A DNA stretch of 64,000 nt from Alphaproteobacteria bacterium (GCA_965228425.1 OZ245815.1:2957234-3021233); one strand, 5' to 3'; positions 56,215 through 64,000 are shown, counted from the first letter of the stretch. Numbers and translations are program-made. The notes: generated by a model from the letters alone, not told the origin.

Positions 56215-57573
56215 TCACTCGGCTGCGTCCGCACTGGTTTTCCAGGCGCCGATTTCCGGTTTCGACAGGCCGAGATGGTCGCGCAGGGTATTGCCGGTGT
56301 AGTCCTTGCGGTAGATGCCGCGTTTCTGCAATTCCGGAACCACGTATTTCACGAAATCCTCGAAGGATCCGGGCTGGTGGGTTGGCCCGATGACGAATCC
56401 GTCGCAGGCGGGAGCGGTAAACCACTCCTCCATCATGTCGGCGATTTCCTTCGGTCCGCCGATCCATTTCGTGTTGAGCAGGCCGCGTCGGGTGATCCGC
56501 ATGAAATCGCGCACCGTCGGGTTCTGGATGCCGGTCGACGTGACGCGGTCGCGGAGGGCGTGCATGCCCTGAATGCTGGCGATTTCCTCTTCGGTGAACG
56601 GCTCGTCCAGCCCTTTGGTCGCGAAATCGAAGTTGAGGGCTTCGGAAAGCAGTGAGAGCTGATCGATGTCGGTGGTCAGCTTGTCGTAGGCGGCCTTTTT
56701 GTCCTCCGCTTCCGACTTCGACTCACCGGTCATGATGTAGGCCAGGCTCGTGATCTTCATGTGATCCGGATTCCGCCCGAGAGCGGCGGCGGACGCCTTG
56801 AGCTCCGCATAACGTTGTTTTCCTGATTCCACGTCGGGATAGACCACGAAGATCAACTCGCCCCAGCGGGCCGCGAACTGCTTGCCGCGGCCGCTCTGTC
56901 CCGCTTGGATCACGACCGGATGGCCTTGCGGCGAGCGCGGCACCGTGAACGGGCCGCGGGACTTGAGGAACTCGCCCTCATAGTCGAGCCGGCGGACTTT
57001 GTCCGGATGGGCGTAGAGGTTGTTGGCCTTATCGGCAACGATCGCGTCGTCGTCCCAGCTATCCCAATGACCGAGAACAGCCTCCAGGAATTCGTCGGCG
57101 CGGTCGTAGCGCGTGTCGTGTTCGATGACGCCTTCGCGGCCCATATTGCGGGCTTCGTTGTCGTTGACCGACGTGACGACATTCCAGGCGGCCCGGCCGC
57201 GCGTCATCAGATCGACCGTCTGGAACACGCGCGCCACATGAAAGGGTTCGTAGTAGGTCGTGGAATAGGTGGCGCCGAAGCCGAGTTTCTCGGTCACCGC
57301 CGCCATCGTCATCAGGCAGGCCACCGGATCCATCTTCACGCAGCGGATCCCGTTTTCCACCGTATGGGCGTGATCGCCGGAATACATGTCGGGCATGGCA
57401 AGCCGGTCGTCGAAGAAGCCGATATCGAACTTTCCGGCCTCCAGGACCCGCGCGATATGCTGGTAGTAGTCGGGCGAGTACGTGTCGGTCCGCGCGTCGG
57501 GATGCCGCCAGGACGCCGGGAGCGTCGTGCAATTCTGCGCCTGAAGGAAGGCCACGAGATTAAGTTGCCGCAT
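56215..57573 (-). CDS. LLM-class flavin-dependent monooxygenase (NtaA/SnaA/DszA subfamily)
   Basis: 452 aa. MRQLNLVAFLQAQNCTTLPASWRHP..., YEPFHVAR. The length and N-terminus are typical of the NtaA/DszA group. Confidence 0.85.
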   Translation of the reverse strand: MRQLNLVAFLQAQNCTTLPASWRHPDARTDTYSPDYYQHIARVLEAGKFDIGFFDDRLAMPDMYSGDHAHTVENGIRCVKMDPVACLMTMAAVTEKLGFGATYSTTYYEPFHVARVFQTVDLMTRGRAAWNVVTSVNDNEARNMGREGVIEHDTRYDRADEFLEAVLGHWDSWDDDAIVADKANNLYAHPDKVRRLDYEGEFLKSRGPFTVPRSPQGHPVVIQAGQSGRGKQFAARWGELIFVVYPDVESGKQRYAELKASAAALGRNPDHMKITSLAYIMTGESKSEAEDKKAAYDKLTTDIDQLSLLSEALNFDFATKGLDEPFTEEEIASIQGMHALRDRVTSTGIQNPTVRDFMRITRRGLLNTKWIGGPKEIADMMEEWFTAPACDGFVIGPTHQPGSFEDFVKYVVPELQKRGIYRKDYTGNTLRDHLGLSKPEIGAWKTSADAAE

Positions 57574-57677
57574 GGGAGCCGCCTTTCGCCGATAAAGTTC
57601 GGTCTACGGTAAAGCAAACCGGCGCGTGCGGTAAAACCGGCGGCGCGCGGTTCTTATTGGACGGCGTCGAAGGTGTT

Positions 57678-58871
57678 CTACGGGGCGACCTTGATAACGC
57701 GGCAGAACCCGCCCTCGGCCTTGATGCTGGCGCAAAGGGCCAGGGAGGCCGAGCGCGTGGGCACGGGATCGGCCAGCAACCGATACAACGTTCGCTTCGG
57801 CGTACCCAACTCGACCGGCTGAACGGCGTATCGCGTCCGCCCTTCCAGCGAGGCGTACTGGCGCCCGAAGATCGTCCACGCGCGATCGGCCTTCTCGCGA
57901 CTGGAGAAGGAGCCGATATGGACGCCATACCCGCCTTTTTTCGCCGGCTGCTTCAAGTGCGGCGGTTCGGTCTTTGGCGGCGCAGGGGTAGGCTTTTCGA
58001 CCAGGGGCATGCGAAGCGCGATCGGCGTGTCGTCGCGGCTGGCCACAAGCGTCCGTTTCGACGGCGCCGGGATTTCCGCATTCGTCTTCGAGCTTTCCGA
58101 CGGCCGCGTCAGGCCGAGCGGCGGATTGGTCGCAGCGACCTTCTCCGGTTGGACACGGGGCAGGCTATTGCCGTTCTGATCCCATTTGGCGATGGCCGCG
58201 TTCGACCAGCCGCCGGGCAGCGATTCGGAACCTTCAGACGCGATGCGCGGCGTGTTCCCGGCCTTGAAGGACAACAGGGTCCGTACGACCTCCTCGCCGT
58301 TTGCATTGGTCTCGGTCGTCGACACGGTGCTGTTCAAGGCGGGGGCGTAATAGGATTCGACCTTCTGGCCGTCGCTGCGCCGGCAAAATACCGGAAAGGC
58401 CGCGAAGTCGCCGGCCGGAACCGAAACATGCCGGGGATGGCCGGTGTAACAATTCCAAACGAAGAGGGCATGCCCCCGTTCCCCGCCGACGCGAACCGCC
58501 GATTTATACGTCAGCTTGTTGCCGGCCTTGAGCGGAAACAGGCTGCCGGTCCATTCCACGATGCGGCGCTCACCGGTTGACAGGTCGGCTTTTTGCCATC
58601 GGATCGGTGGCAGCAGCGGATCGTACATCGTCGTCTGGCGGTGGCCGAGGGTGCTTTCCCAGCTGATCAACCCATCCTGGATCGAGACGACGGTCCATTT
58701 TTCCCGAGGGTTATCGAAGACGTATTCGTCGCCCTTGGCATAGGTGGGCAGCTCCGCCGGCGGCAAGTCCGTTTGCAGCGAATCGGTAAAGGGAACCTCG
58801 GCATCGCGTTGCAGCCCACAGGCTGCAAGCAATGCTGCCAAGCAAATCGGCGACAACAGCCGACCCCACAT
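57678..58871 (-). CDS. SPOR-domain lipoprotein
   Basis: Lipobox LLAAC. The C-terminus YGVHIGSFSSREKADRAWTIF...YRLLADPVPTRSASLALCASIKAEGGFCRV is a SPOR domain. Confidence 0.8.
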   Translation of the reverse strand: MWGRLLSPICLAALLAACGLQRDAEVPFTDSLQTDLPPAELPTYAKGDEYVFDNPREKWTVVSIQDGLISWESTLGHRQTTMYDPLLPPIRWQKADLSTGERRIVEWTGSLFPLKAGNKLTYKSAVRVGGERGHALFVWNCYTGHPRHVSVPAGDFAAFPVFCRRSDGQKVESYYAPALNSTVSTTETNANGEEVVRTLLSFKAGNTPRIASEGSESLPGGWSNAAIAKWDQNGNSLPRVQPEKVAATNPPLGLTRPSESSKTNAEIPAPSKRTLVASRDDTPIALRMPLVEKPTPAPPKTEPPHLKQPAKKGGYGVHIGSFSSREKADRAWTIFGRQYASLEGRTRYAVQPVELGTPKRTLYRLLADPVPTRSASLALCASIKAEGGFCRVIKVAP

Positions 58872-59176
58872 CGTCCCGACCTCCCACTTTCGTTACCGAC
58901 ACTATAGAAAATTATTTCACCGGCGTCTTCCATGACAAATAGAGCCGTGTCGGTCCGGGCCTACAGCGGCGCAAGGCAAAATTAACGGATCGCGCGTAGG
59001 CTCAAGATATTTGCTCAAGGCTTTGGTTCGGCCGGACTTTTTACCGCCGGCCCGGTTACCCGCAACACCTTGGGCTAGAACGGAATCCTTTTCGAGTGAT
59101 CATAGTCACTTCGAGTTTACTCACAAAGTGGTTCACTACCACTTGTTTGAGGGTGGAACGATTGCACAGAGAAATC

Positions 59177-59374
59177 ATGATCAGCGAGCAGGAAAGTTGG
59201 CGCCTGGCTAAGATGCTGATCGAAGAGCATGGGGAAAAAGCTCTTCGGCATGCCCGCAATAATGCGGAAAAGCTGCTGTTCGGCGATGATATAGAAGGCG
59301 GCGCCGCCTGGATGCGGGTGGCACGGGCGGTCGGTACGCTGCTCGAGAACCAATGGACCGGTAGAGTCCACTGA
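59177..59374 (+). CDS. small helical hypothetical protein, tandem paralogue 1 (65 aa)
   Basis: MISEQESWRLAKMLIEEHGEKALRHARNNAEKLLFGDDIEGGAAWMRVARAVGTLLENQWTGRVH. It aligns without gaps to the next small ORF. Confidence 0.5.
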   Translation: MISEQESWRLAKMLIEEHGEKALRHARNNAEKLLFGDDIEGGAAWMRVARAVGTLLENQWTGRVH

Positions 59375-59559
59375 AATCTCAGTGGATTTGCGAATTCCTT
59401 CCTAAATCTCCCATAAATCCAACAATCTGCCCGTAATCGTCTCAAATTTTTTGACGATTCTCCTGATTTTGTGATCGGGCCGTGATCGTCATCACAGTCC
59501 GTATGGTTAAGATTTGAGAAACTATGTCTGCGCTTAACATAGCAAGGGGAAGGGTAGCC

Positions 59560-59757
59560 GTGTTCGTAAAGCCAGATGTGCACATCATCGCCAGGATGCT
59601 GATCCACCAGCATGGTGCTCAAAGCCATACGTTGGCCATCGAGAAAGCCGATGAATTGAGCGCCGAAGGGAACTCCGGTGGCTTTGCCTATTGGACGCGC
59701 GTTATCCAAGCCATCGAAGAAGAACTGGATACCCCTTTAAGCACCACGATTCACTAG
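59560..59757 (+). CDS. small helical hypothetical protein, tandem paralogue 2 (65 aa)
   Basis: The GTG start has a GGGGAAGGG SD. VFVKPDVHIIARMLIHQHGAQSHTLAIEKADELSAEGNSGGFAYWTRVIQAIEEELDTPLSTTIH. The ORF is open from ATG 59524. Confidence 0.5.
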   Translation: MFVKPDVHIIARMLIHQHGAQSHTLAIEKADELSAEGNSGGFAYWTRVIQAIEEELDTPLSTTIH

Positions 59758-59859
59758 GTATTCGCAGGCGGTCCGGCTTTCGGACGGCATTATTCCGCCC
59801 GCAAGGGCCTTGCATTGCAGGCAATTGGGATAAGGCGCTCGTTTCGAGTGCAGATCGAT

Positions 59860-59907
59860 AGAAAGACAAGAGAAAGCCCCGCCACAAATGGCGGGGCTTT
59901 CTTCTTA
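59860..59907. terminator. bidirectional intrinsic terminator
   Basis: AGCCCCGCCA-caaa-UGGCGGGGCU (10-bp stem, 59875-59898) has UUUCUUCUU on the plus strand and UUUCUCUUGUCUUUC on the minus strand. Confidence 0.7.
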
Positions 59908-59919
59908 ATCAAACCCGTT

Positions 59920-60140
59920 AACCGGGCTCTCCCCAATTTACCGGCCCGGGCGAGTGCCCCAGGCCAGGTCGCTACGCCGCATCCGTGATCGCCGGCGGAT
60001 ACCCTTACGGGACCGCAGCGACCGTCTATCACCTCTAAATGCCCGCACAGACTAGCCGCATCCGGTGCGGCGCTCAGTGAGCGACGTCACAAGGCTTCAA
60101 GTTTATTGGATCATCGGTTAGGGGACGGAGAGGGCCCAGG
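59920..60140 (-). ncRNA. unclassified hairpin-dense element: either a candidate structured sRNA (minus strand) or a MITE/RIME-like repeat
   Basis: There is no plausible ORF. The ends are complementary (GGGCTCTCCCC at 59924-34 versus GGGGACGGAGAGGGCCC at 60121-37). A 10-bp stem GGUCGCUGCG/CGUAGCGACC encloses two hairpins, one capped by GUAA in the minus sense. The 10-mer CGGAUGCGGC occurs twice, 80 nt apart. The bidirectional terminator lies directly downstream on the minus strand. Confidence 0.3.
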
Positions 60141-60334
60141 CTGCAAAGTAACAGGCTATGAGAGAGCGAATTTACAAGTATTAGGAATGCTTTATCACAA
60201 TTAACCATAATACAGTTCCTATTCCTACACTTGAACCAAAGACATATGTCTTATTAATAAAGTATTAATCCAAAATTTAAGTGACATTTGCGAAGCATTA
60301 ATACTAGCATTTCAGTTGTCAGGGAGTGGCGCAA

Positions 60335-61015
60335 ATGGGGAAACAAATGGATCAAGTGCGTATTTACTTAGTAGGGGGCTCGAACCTCTTCCGGCACGGA
60401 CTGCGGAGCTACCTCGATGGCGGGGACTTCGAGATCCTGGGCGAGGCGGACGGGCACACCGAATTCTTGAACGCGAAGGACCGCATGTCGGATCCGGACC
60501 TGGTGTTGTATGCCAAATCCGAAGCCGACCAAGATCCGGCGACGGCAATCCGGGAAATGCGCGAGCGGATGGGCGACACGCAATTCCTGGTGATGGCGGA
60601 AAGCCTTTTGCCGGCGGAATTCAGCGACTGCCTGGGCGCCGGGATCAGCGGTTATCTGCTGAGTGATATTTCCCGCGATGCATTGTTGCATTCCATCAAG
60701 CTGATCATGCTGGGCGAGAAGGTTTTTGCCACCGAGTTGGCCAAAATATGGATGAGCGGCGGTCTCGATCGTAAGCTGCAATGCGCTAAGAAGCTGGAAC
60801 ACAGCCTCACCAACCGGGAGAGCGAGATCCTCAGCTGCCTGTTGGAAGGTGACTCAAACAAACTCATCGCGCGCCGCCTCGAGATCACGGAATCGACCGT
60901 CAAAATTCACATGAAATCCTTACTTCGGAAGATCAACGTTCAGAACCGCACGCAGGCAGCGATCTGGGCGATGGAATCCGGCTTTAATTCGGATGCAGCA
61001 GGTTTGTCGAATTGA
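60335..61015 (+). CDS. LuxR/FixJ(NarL)-family regulator with a degenerate, aspartate-less receiver domain
   Basis: The C-terminal HTH LTNRESEILSCLLEGDSNKLIARRLEITESTVKIHMKSLLRKINVQNRTQAA is canonical. The receiver-like N-terminus lacks the conserved D, D, D, T/S and K residues. AGGGAG SD before ATG 60335. Confidence 0.8.
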   Translation: MGKQMDQVRIYLVGGSNLFRHGLRSYLDGGDFEILGEADGHTEFLNAKDRMSDPDLVLYAKSEADQDPATAIREMRERMGDTQFLVMAESLLPAEFSDCLGAGISGYLLSDISRDALLHSIKLIMLGEKVFATELAKIWMSGGLDRKLQCAKKLEHSLTNRESEILSCLLEGDSNKLIARRLEITESTVKIHMKSLLRKINVQNRTQAAIWAMESGFNSDAAGLSN

Positions 61016-61092
61016 TTTAGACGTTCTAGGGACAACACGGCATTACCGTCCCGACCCGCGATAAACGCAAAAGATAGTCGATTTATAGAAGA

Positions 61093-61133
61093 ACGGCCTG
61101 GCGTCCCATATGCGACGCCAGGCCGTAATTTTG
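61093..61133. terminator. intrinsic terminator between the LuxR-type gene and the convergent ABC permease gene
   Basis: ACGGCCUGGCGUC-ccauaugc-GACGCCAGGCCGU followed by AAUUUU. The minus strand shows UUCUUCUAU. Confidence 0.6.
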
Positions 61134-61145
61134 CGCGCCGACGGG

Positions 61146-62894
61146 TTAGTCGACTTCGAGGGCGCCTTTACCCGCGATCTTGCGGGCGATGACCACGGTG
61201 GCGACGCTCAGGAACGCGATCAGCACCGAGATCGCCGCGGCATGCTCGACCGCACCGTCATCCAGGAATTGGAAGACCGCGACGGCCATCGTCTCCGTAC
61301 CCGGCTGCGCGAGCAGGATCGACATCGCCAGTTCCCGCAGCGAGATCGAGAAGATCAGCACCCAGGCGACCCAGATACCCGTCTTCATAAGCGGGATCGT
61401 GATGTCCCATACCATGCGTGCCCAGGACGCGCCGGCGATGCGGGCGGCCTCCTCCAACTCTTCCATGATCTGCTTGATCGCGTTGCGCAGGAAGATGAAG
61501 GCGAAGGGGATCTTCTTCGCCATATAGGCAACGAAGAGGATCCACAACGTTCCGTAGATCCAGTTGATGTAGCCGATCAGGATGCCGACGCCCATGGCAA
61601 CCGCCGGGAAACCGAAGGTAATCATAATGATCACCGTGACCGACCCGCGGCCCACGATTTCCGTGCGTTCGACGATCCAGACATAGGCGATGCCCAATAA
61701 GACGCACAGCGTGGCCGTGCTGATCGAGAGGATGAAACTGTTCTCGATGGACTGCAGCACGATGAAGGAGTCGTCGAAGAAGATTTCGTAATTCTCCAAC
61801 ACCATGTTCTTGAATTCGATCGGCGCGCCGAAGGTGTTCAGCAAGGACAGGATCACGAGGCCCGCCATCGGCAACAGCACACTGAACGTGATGATGATGA
61901 AACAGACGCCGAAGGCCGCCCAGCGCCAGGGCCCCAGGTCCGTGGCCCGGGCCTGTCCGGCCTTGCCGGTCAATGTCGTATACCGTCCGCGTCCAAGCCA
62001 CCATTTCTGCACGAACAGGCAGGCGGCGGTGAAGAATACGATCGGCACGGCGACGGCCGCCGCCAACTCGAACTTCGGCGGATGCAGAATAAGTGTGTAG
62101 ATTTTTGTCGTGAGGACATGGAAGCCGCCGGCGAATCCCAGGGCGGCCGGCGCGCCGAACGACGCCAATGCGTCCAGGATACAGAGAATGGCGCCCGATA
62201 GGACCGCCGGGGTGACCAGCGGCAACGTAATCGACATCGCCGTGCGAAGCCGGCCGGCGCCCAAGTTCCGCGCCGCTTCCTCGTAGGACGGATCCATGTT
62301 GTCCAGGGATGCGCTCACCGCGAACAGCACAAGCGGATAGAAATGCATAACCAGGACGAAGACGAGGCCTTCCATCGTGAAGATGTCGAGGGGCGGGGAA
62401 TCGAGATTGAACCAGGAAACCAGAGTCTTGTTGATCAAGCCCGAGTTGGGCGCCATCAGGAAGATCCATCCGATGGTGCCGATGAAGGAGGGGATCACGA
62501 AGGCGATCCCGGCAAAGGCCCGGACGAACAGTTTGCCGGGCATGTTCGTGCGCGACACCAGCCACGCCATGGGCAGGCCCAGCACAAGACAGCCCAAGGG
62601 GACCAAGACGCCCAGCAAAAGCGTGTTCAGCAACGCGCTGAACAGGTCCTTGCGCTGCATGACCTCGATGTAATTCGCCGCCGTCAGCCCGCCTTTCGGA
62701 TCGACGATGCTGAATTGGAACAGCAGCCAAACCGGATAGACGACCAGGAGCGCGAGGATGATCACCGCCGCGATCAGCAGGGAGTATTTCATCGGCTCCC
62801 GAGCATAGCCGAGGCGGAAATCCGCCCAGCCCCGCGAGAATTTCGCGCTTAATCCGCTCAGATAAGAACCAGTATCGACTGTTGTTGTGGCCAT
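61146..62894 (-). CDS. ABC transporter permease, fused two-domain type (FbpB/iron(III)-like)
   Basis: About 12 TM helices with two EAA-type loops (YEEAARNLGAGRL..., LEEAARIAGASWARM). ATG 62894 overlaps the upstream ATPase stop (TAATG). Confidence 0.85.
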   Translation of the reverse strand: MATTTVDTGSYLSGLSAKFSRGWADFRLGYAREPMKYSLLIAAVIILALLVVYPVWLLFQFSIVDPKGGLTAANYIEVMQRKDLFSALLNTLLLGVLVPLGCLVLGLPMAWLVSRTNMPGKLFVRAFAGIAFVIPSFIGTIGWIFLMAPNSGLINKTLVSWFNLDSPPLDIFTMEGLVFVLVMHFYPLVLFAVSASLDNMDPSYEEAARNLGAGRLRTAMSITLPLVTPAVLSGAILCILDALASFGAPAALGFAGGFHVLTTKIYTLILHPPKFELAAAVAVPIVFFTAACLFVQKWWLGRGRYTTLTGKAGQARATDLGPWRWAAFGVCFIIITFSVLLPMAGLVILSLLNTFGAPIEFKNMVLENYEIFFDDSFIVLQSIENSFILSISTATLCVLLGIAYVWIVERTEIVGRGSVTVIIMITFGFPAVAMGVGILIGYINWIYGTLWILFVAYMAKKIPFAFIFLRNAIKQIMEELEEAARIAGASWARMVWDITIPLMKTGIWVAWVLIFSISLRELAMSILLAQPGTETMAVAVFQFLDDGAVEHAAAISVLIAFLSVATVVIARKIAGKGALEVD

Positions 62895-63985
62895 TATGCG
62901 ATCACCCAAGCCAGTTCAGGGTTAATGTTCACGTTCACCTCGTCGCCGAAGTCCATCTGCGGCACCTGGCACCGGAACTCCCGGCCCTTGATATCGAGGC
63001 GAAGATCGAAGCGATTGCCGAGGAAGGCGCTCGCCTTGACCCGCGCATTGATCGGCGGATTGTCGTCTTGCGCTGCGCCGTTGACTCGTATCGCCTCGGG
63101 GCGGACGGATACCGATACGCCGGCTCCTTTCGATAGGCCCGCGACAAGGTCTTTCGGGCCGCTCGCCCAAAAGGGCTCGCCGTATTCCTGCGCAACGCGG
63201 ACACGCCCGCCGGACTGATCGGTGTCTTCGACCTTTCCGTCGATAATGTTATTGATGCCGACGAAATCGGCGACGAATTGGGTCGCTGGGCGCAGATAAA
63301 TGTCCGTCGGCGCGGCAACTTGTTCGATCTTGCCATCGCTCATCACCACGATCCGGTCGGCGAGAACAAGGGCCTCTTCCTGATCATGGGTAACGTACAG
63401 CGTGGTCATTTCGATGCGTTCTTGCAGTTCTTTCAGTTCGAACCGCATCTCTTCGCGCAATCCGGCATCGAGGTTCGAGAGAGGCTCGTCCAGCAGCAGC
63501 ATCGACGGCTCGGCAACGATCGCGCGGGCGAGCGCGACGCGCTGTTGTTGGCCGCCCGACAACTCGCCGGGATAGCGATCCTGCAGACCGGACAACTGAA
63601 CAAGCTCCAGCGCCCGGTAGACACGGTCGCTGATTTCCTGTTTCGGCCGTTTTTGGATCACCAAAGCGTAGGCCACATTCTGGAACACCGTCCGGTGCGG
63701 CCAGACGGCGTAATTCTGAAAGACCATCCCGAGGTTACGTTTCTCGGGCGGCAGCATGTTGGTATCGGTGGCGATCACATTCCCATCGAGCAGAATTTCG
63801 CCCCCGTCTGGTTGGATGAATCCGGCGACGGACCGCAGGGTCGTCGTCTTGCCGCATCCACTCGGCCCCAGCAAGACGACGCTCTCGCCGGTGGCGATCG
63901 TAAGATCGATGCCATCCACCGCGCGAACATCGCCGAAAAATTTGGCTAATTTCCGGAGTTCAAGTTTGGAGCTGCCGTCCACCAT
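62894..63985 (-). CDS. ABC transporter ATP-binding protein (FbpC/PotA/MalK-like)
   Basis: GPSGCGKTT, LSGGQQQRVALARA, LLLDEPLSNLD, and a C-terminal TOBE-like domain. GGGAGG SD. Any substrate-binding gene is presumably beyond the window edge. Confidence 0.9.
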   Translation of the reverse strand: MVDGSSKLELRKLAKFFGDVRAVDGIDLTIATGESVVLLGPSGCGKTTTLRSVAGFIQPDGGEILLDGNVIATDTNMLPPEKRNLGMVFQNYAVWPHRTVFQNVAYALVIQKRPKQEISDRVYRALELVQLSGLQDRYPGELSGGQQQRVALARAIVAEPSMLLLDEPLSNLDAGLREEMRFELKELQERIEMTTLYVTHDQEEALVLADRIVVMSDGKIEQVAAPTDIYLRPATQFVADFVGINNIIDGKVEDTDQSGGRVRVAQEYGEPFWASGPKDLVAGLSKGAGVSVSVRPEAIRVNGAAQDDNPPINARVKASAFLGNRFDLRLDIKGREFRCQVPQMDFGDEVNVNINPELAWVIA

Positions 63986-64000
63986 GTTGTCGAACCTCCC

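Noticed and set aside
59920-60140. Assigning the structured element to 6S RNA, SRP/4.5S RNA, tmRNA, RNase P RNA or a known riboswitch (cobalamin, TPP, glycine, SAH, ZTP, yybP)
   Set aside because: None of the signature sequences I remember is present: the GGAA-capped SRP domain IV, a T-arm/CCA end or tag ORF, GAGGAAAGUCC, the B12 box, CUGAGA, or ACCGAAGG. The fold is multi-branched rather than 6S-like, and no downstream gene exists on the minus strand. I left it unclassified.
61258-62730. 490-aa alternative-frame ORF on the same strand as the ABC permease
   Set aside because: The permease frame gives 12 clean TM helices and EAA loops. The alternative frame is Arg/Gly/Pro-rich with no motif.
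1-64000. Scan for rRNA, tRNA, CRISPR arrays, IS elements/transposases, integrases, prophage genes and recognisable defence-system genes
   Set aside because: I saw no repeat-spacer arrays, no cloverleaf-compatible segments in the intergenic gaps, and no transposase, integrase, nuclease or reverse-transcriptase-like ORFs. The only mobile-element candidate is the small inverted-repeat-bounded element at 59920-60140.

Overview
This is a high-GC, gene-dense chromosomal window. The gene content and order suggest an alphaproteobacterium, possibly Rhodospirillales-like, but that is inference. About 60 CDSs can be supported. The first ~35 kb is a housekeeping backbone: nagZ', scpAB, an orphan ABC ATPase, tatABC, serS, surE-pcm-nlpD, yajC-secDF, homologues of the complex-I assembly factors NDUFAF3 and NDUFAF6, trmFO, uvrA, ssb, gyrA, coaD, glcB and nupC. 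Accessory blocks are interspersed. Three paralogous OmpA-like lipoproteins flank an MscS channel at 22.6-26.0 kb. A self-contained operon at 36.0-38.2 kb encodes a polytopic coiled-coil membrane protein and a vWA lipoprotein. A TetR-associated catabolic cluster at 38.5-47 kb holds SDRs, an LLM oxidoreductase, tandem cyclase-family paralogues, a cupin and a DehI-like protein. An LLM/SDR/hydrolase cluster sits at 52.4-57.6 kb. An AT-richer islet at 58.9-61.1 kb carries two 65-aa paralogues, a roughly 220-nt hairpin-dense element and an aspartate-less LuxR-type regulator. I found no rRNA, tRNA, CRISPR array, IS element or integrase. The most interesting signal is upstream of the class-I DAHP synthase gene. 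It is a 27-codon leader ORF containing YFWFFGY, followed by four alternately complementary segments that end in an intrinsic terminator, which reads as a textbook ribosome-mediated attenuator keyed to all three aromatic amino acids. Other leads are a perfect CtrA-type box upstream of one OmpA paralogue, the membrane/vWA operon with its AT-rich palindromic control region, and the unclassified structured element. All functional calls rest on recognising motifs by eye in the translations. No database search was run.
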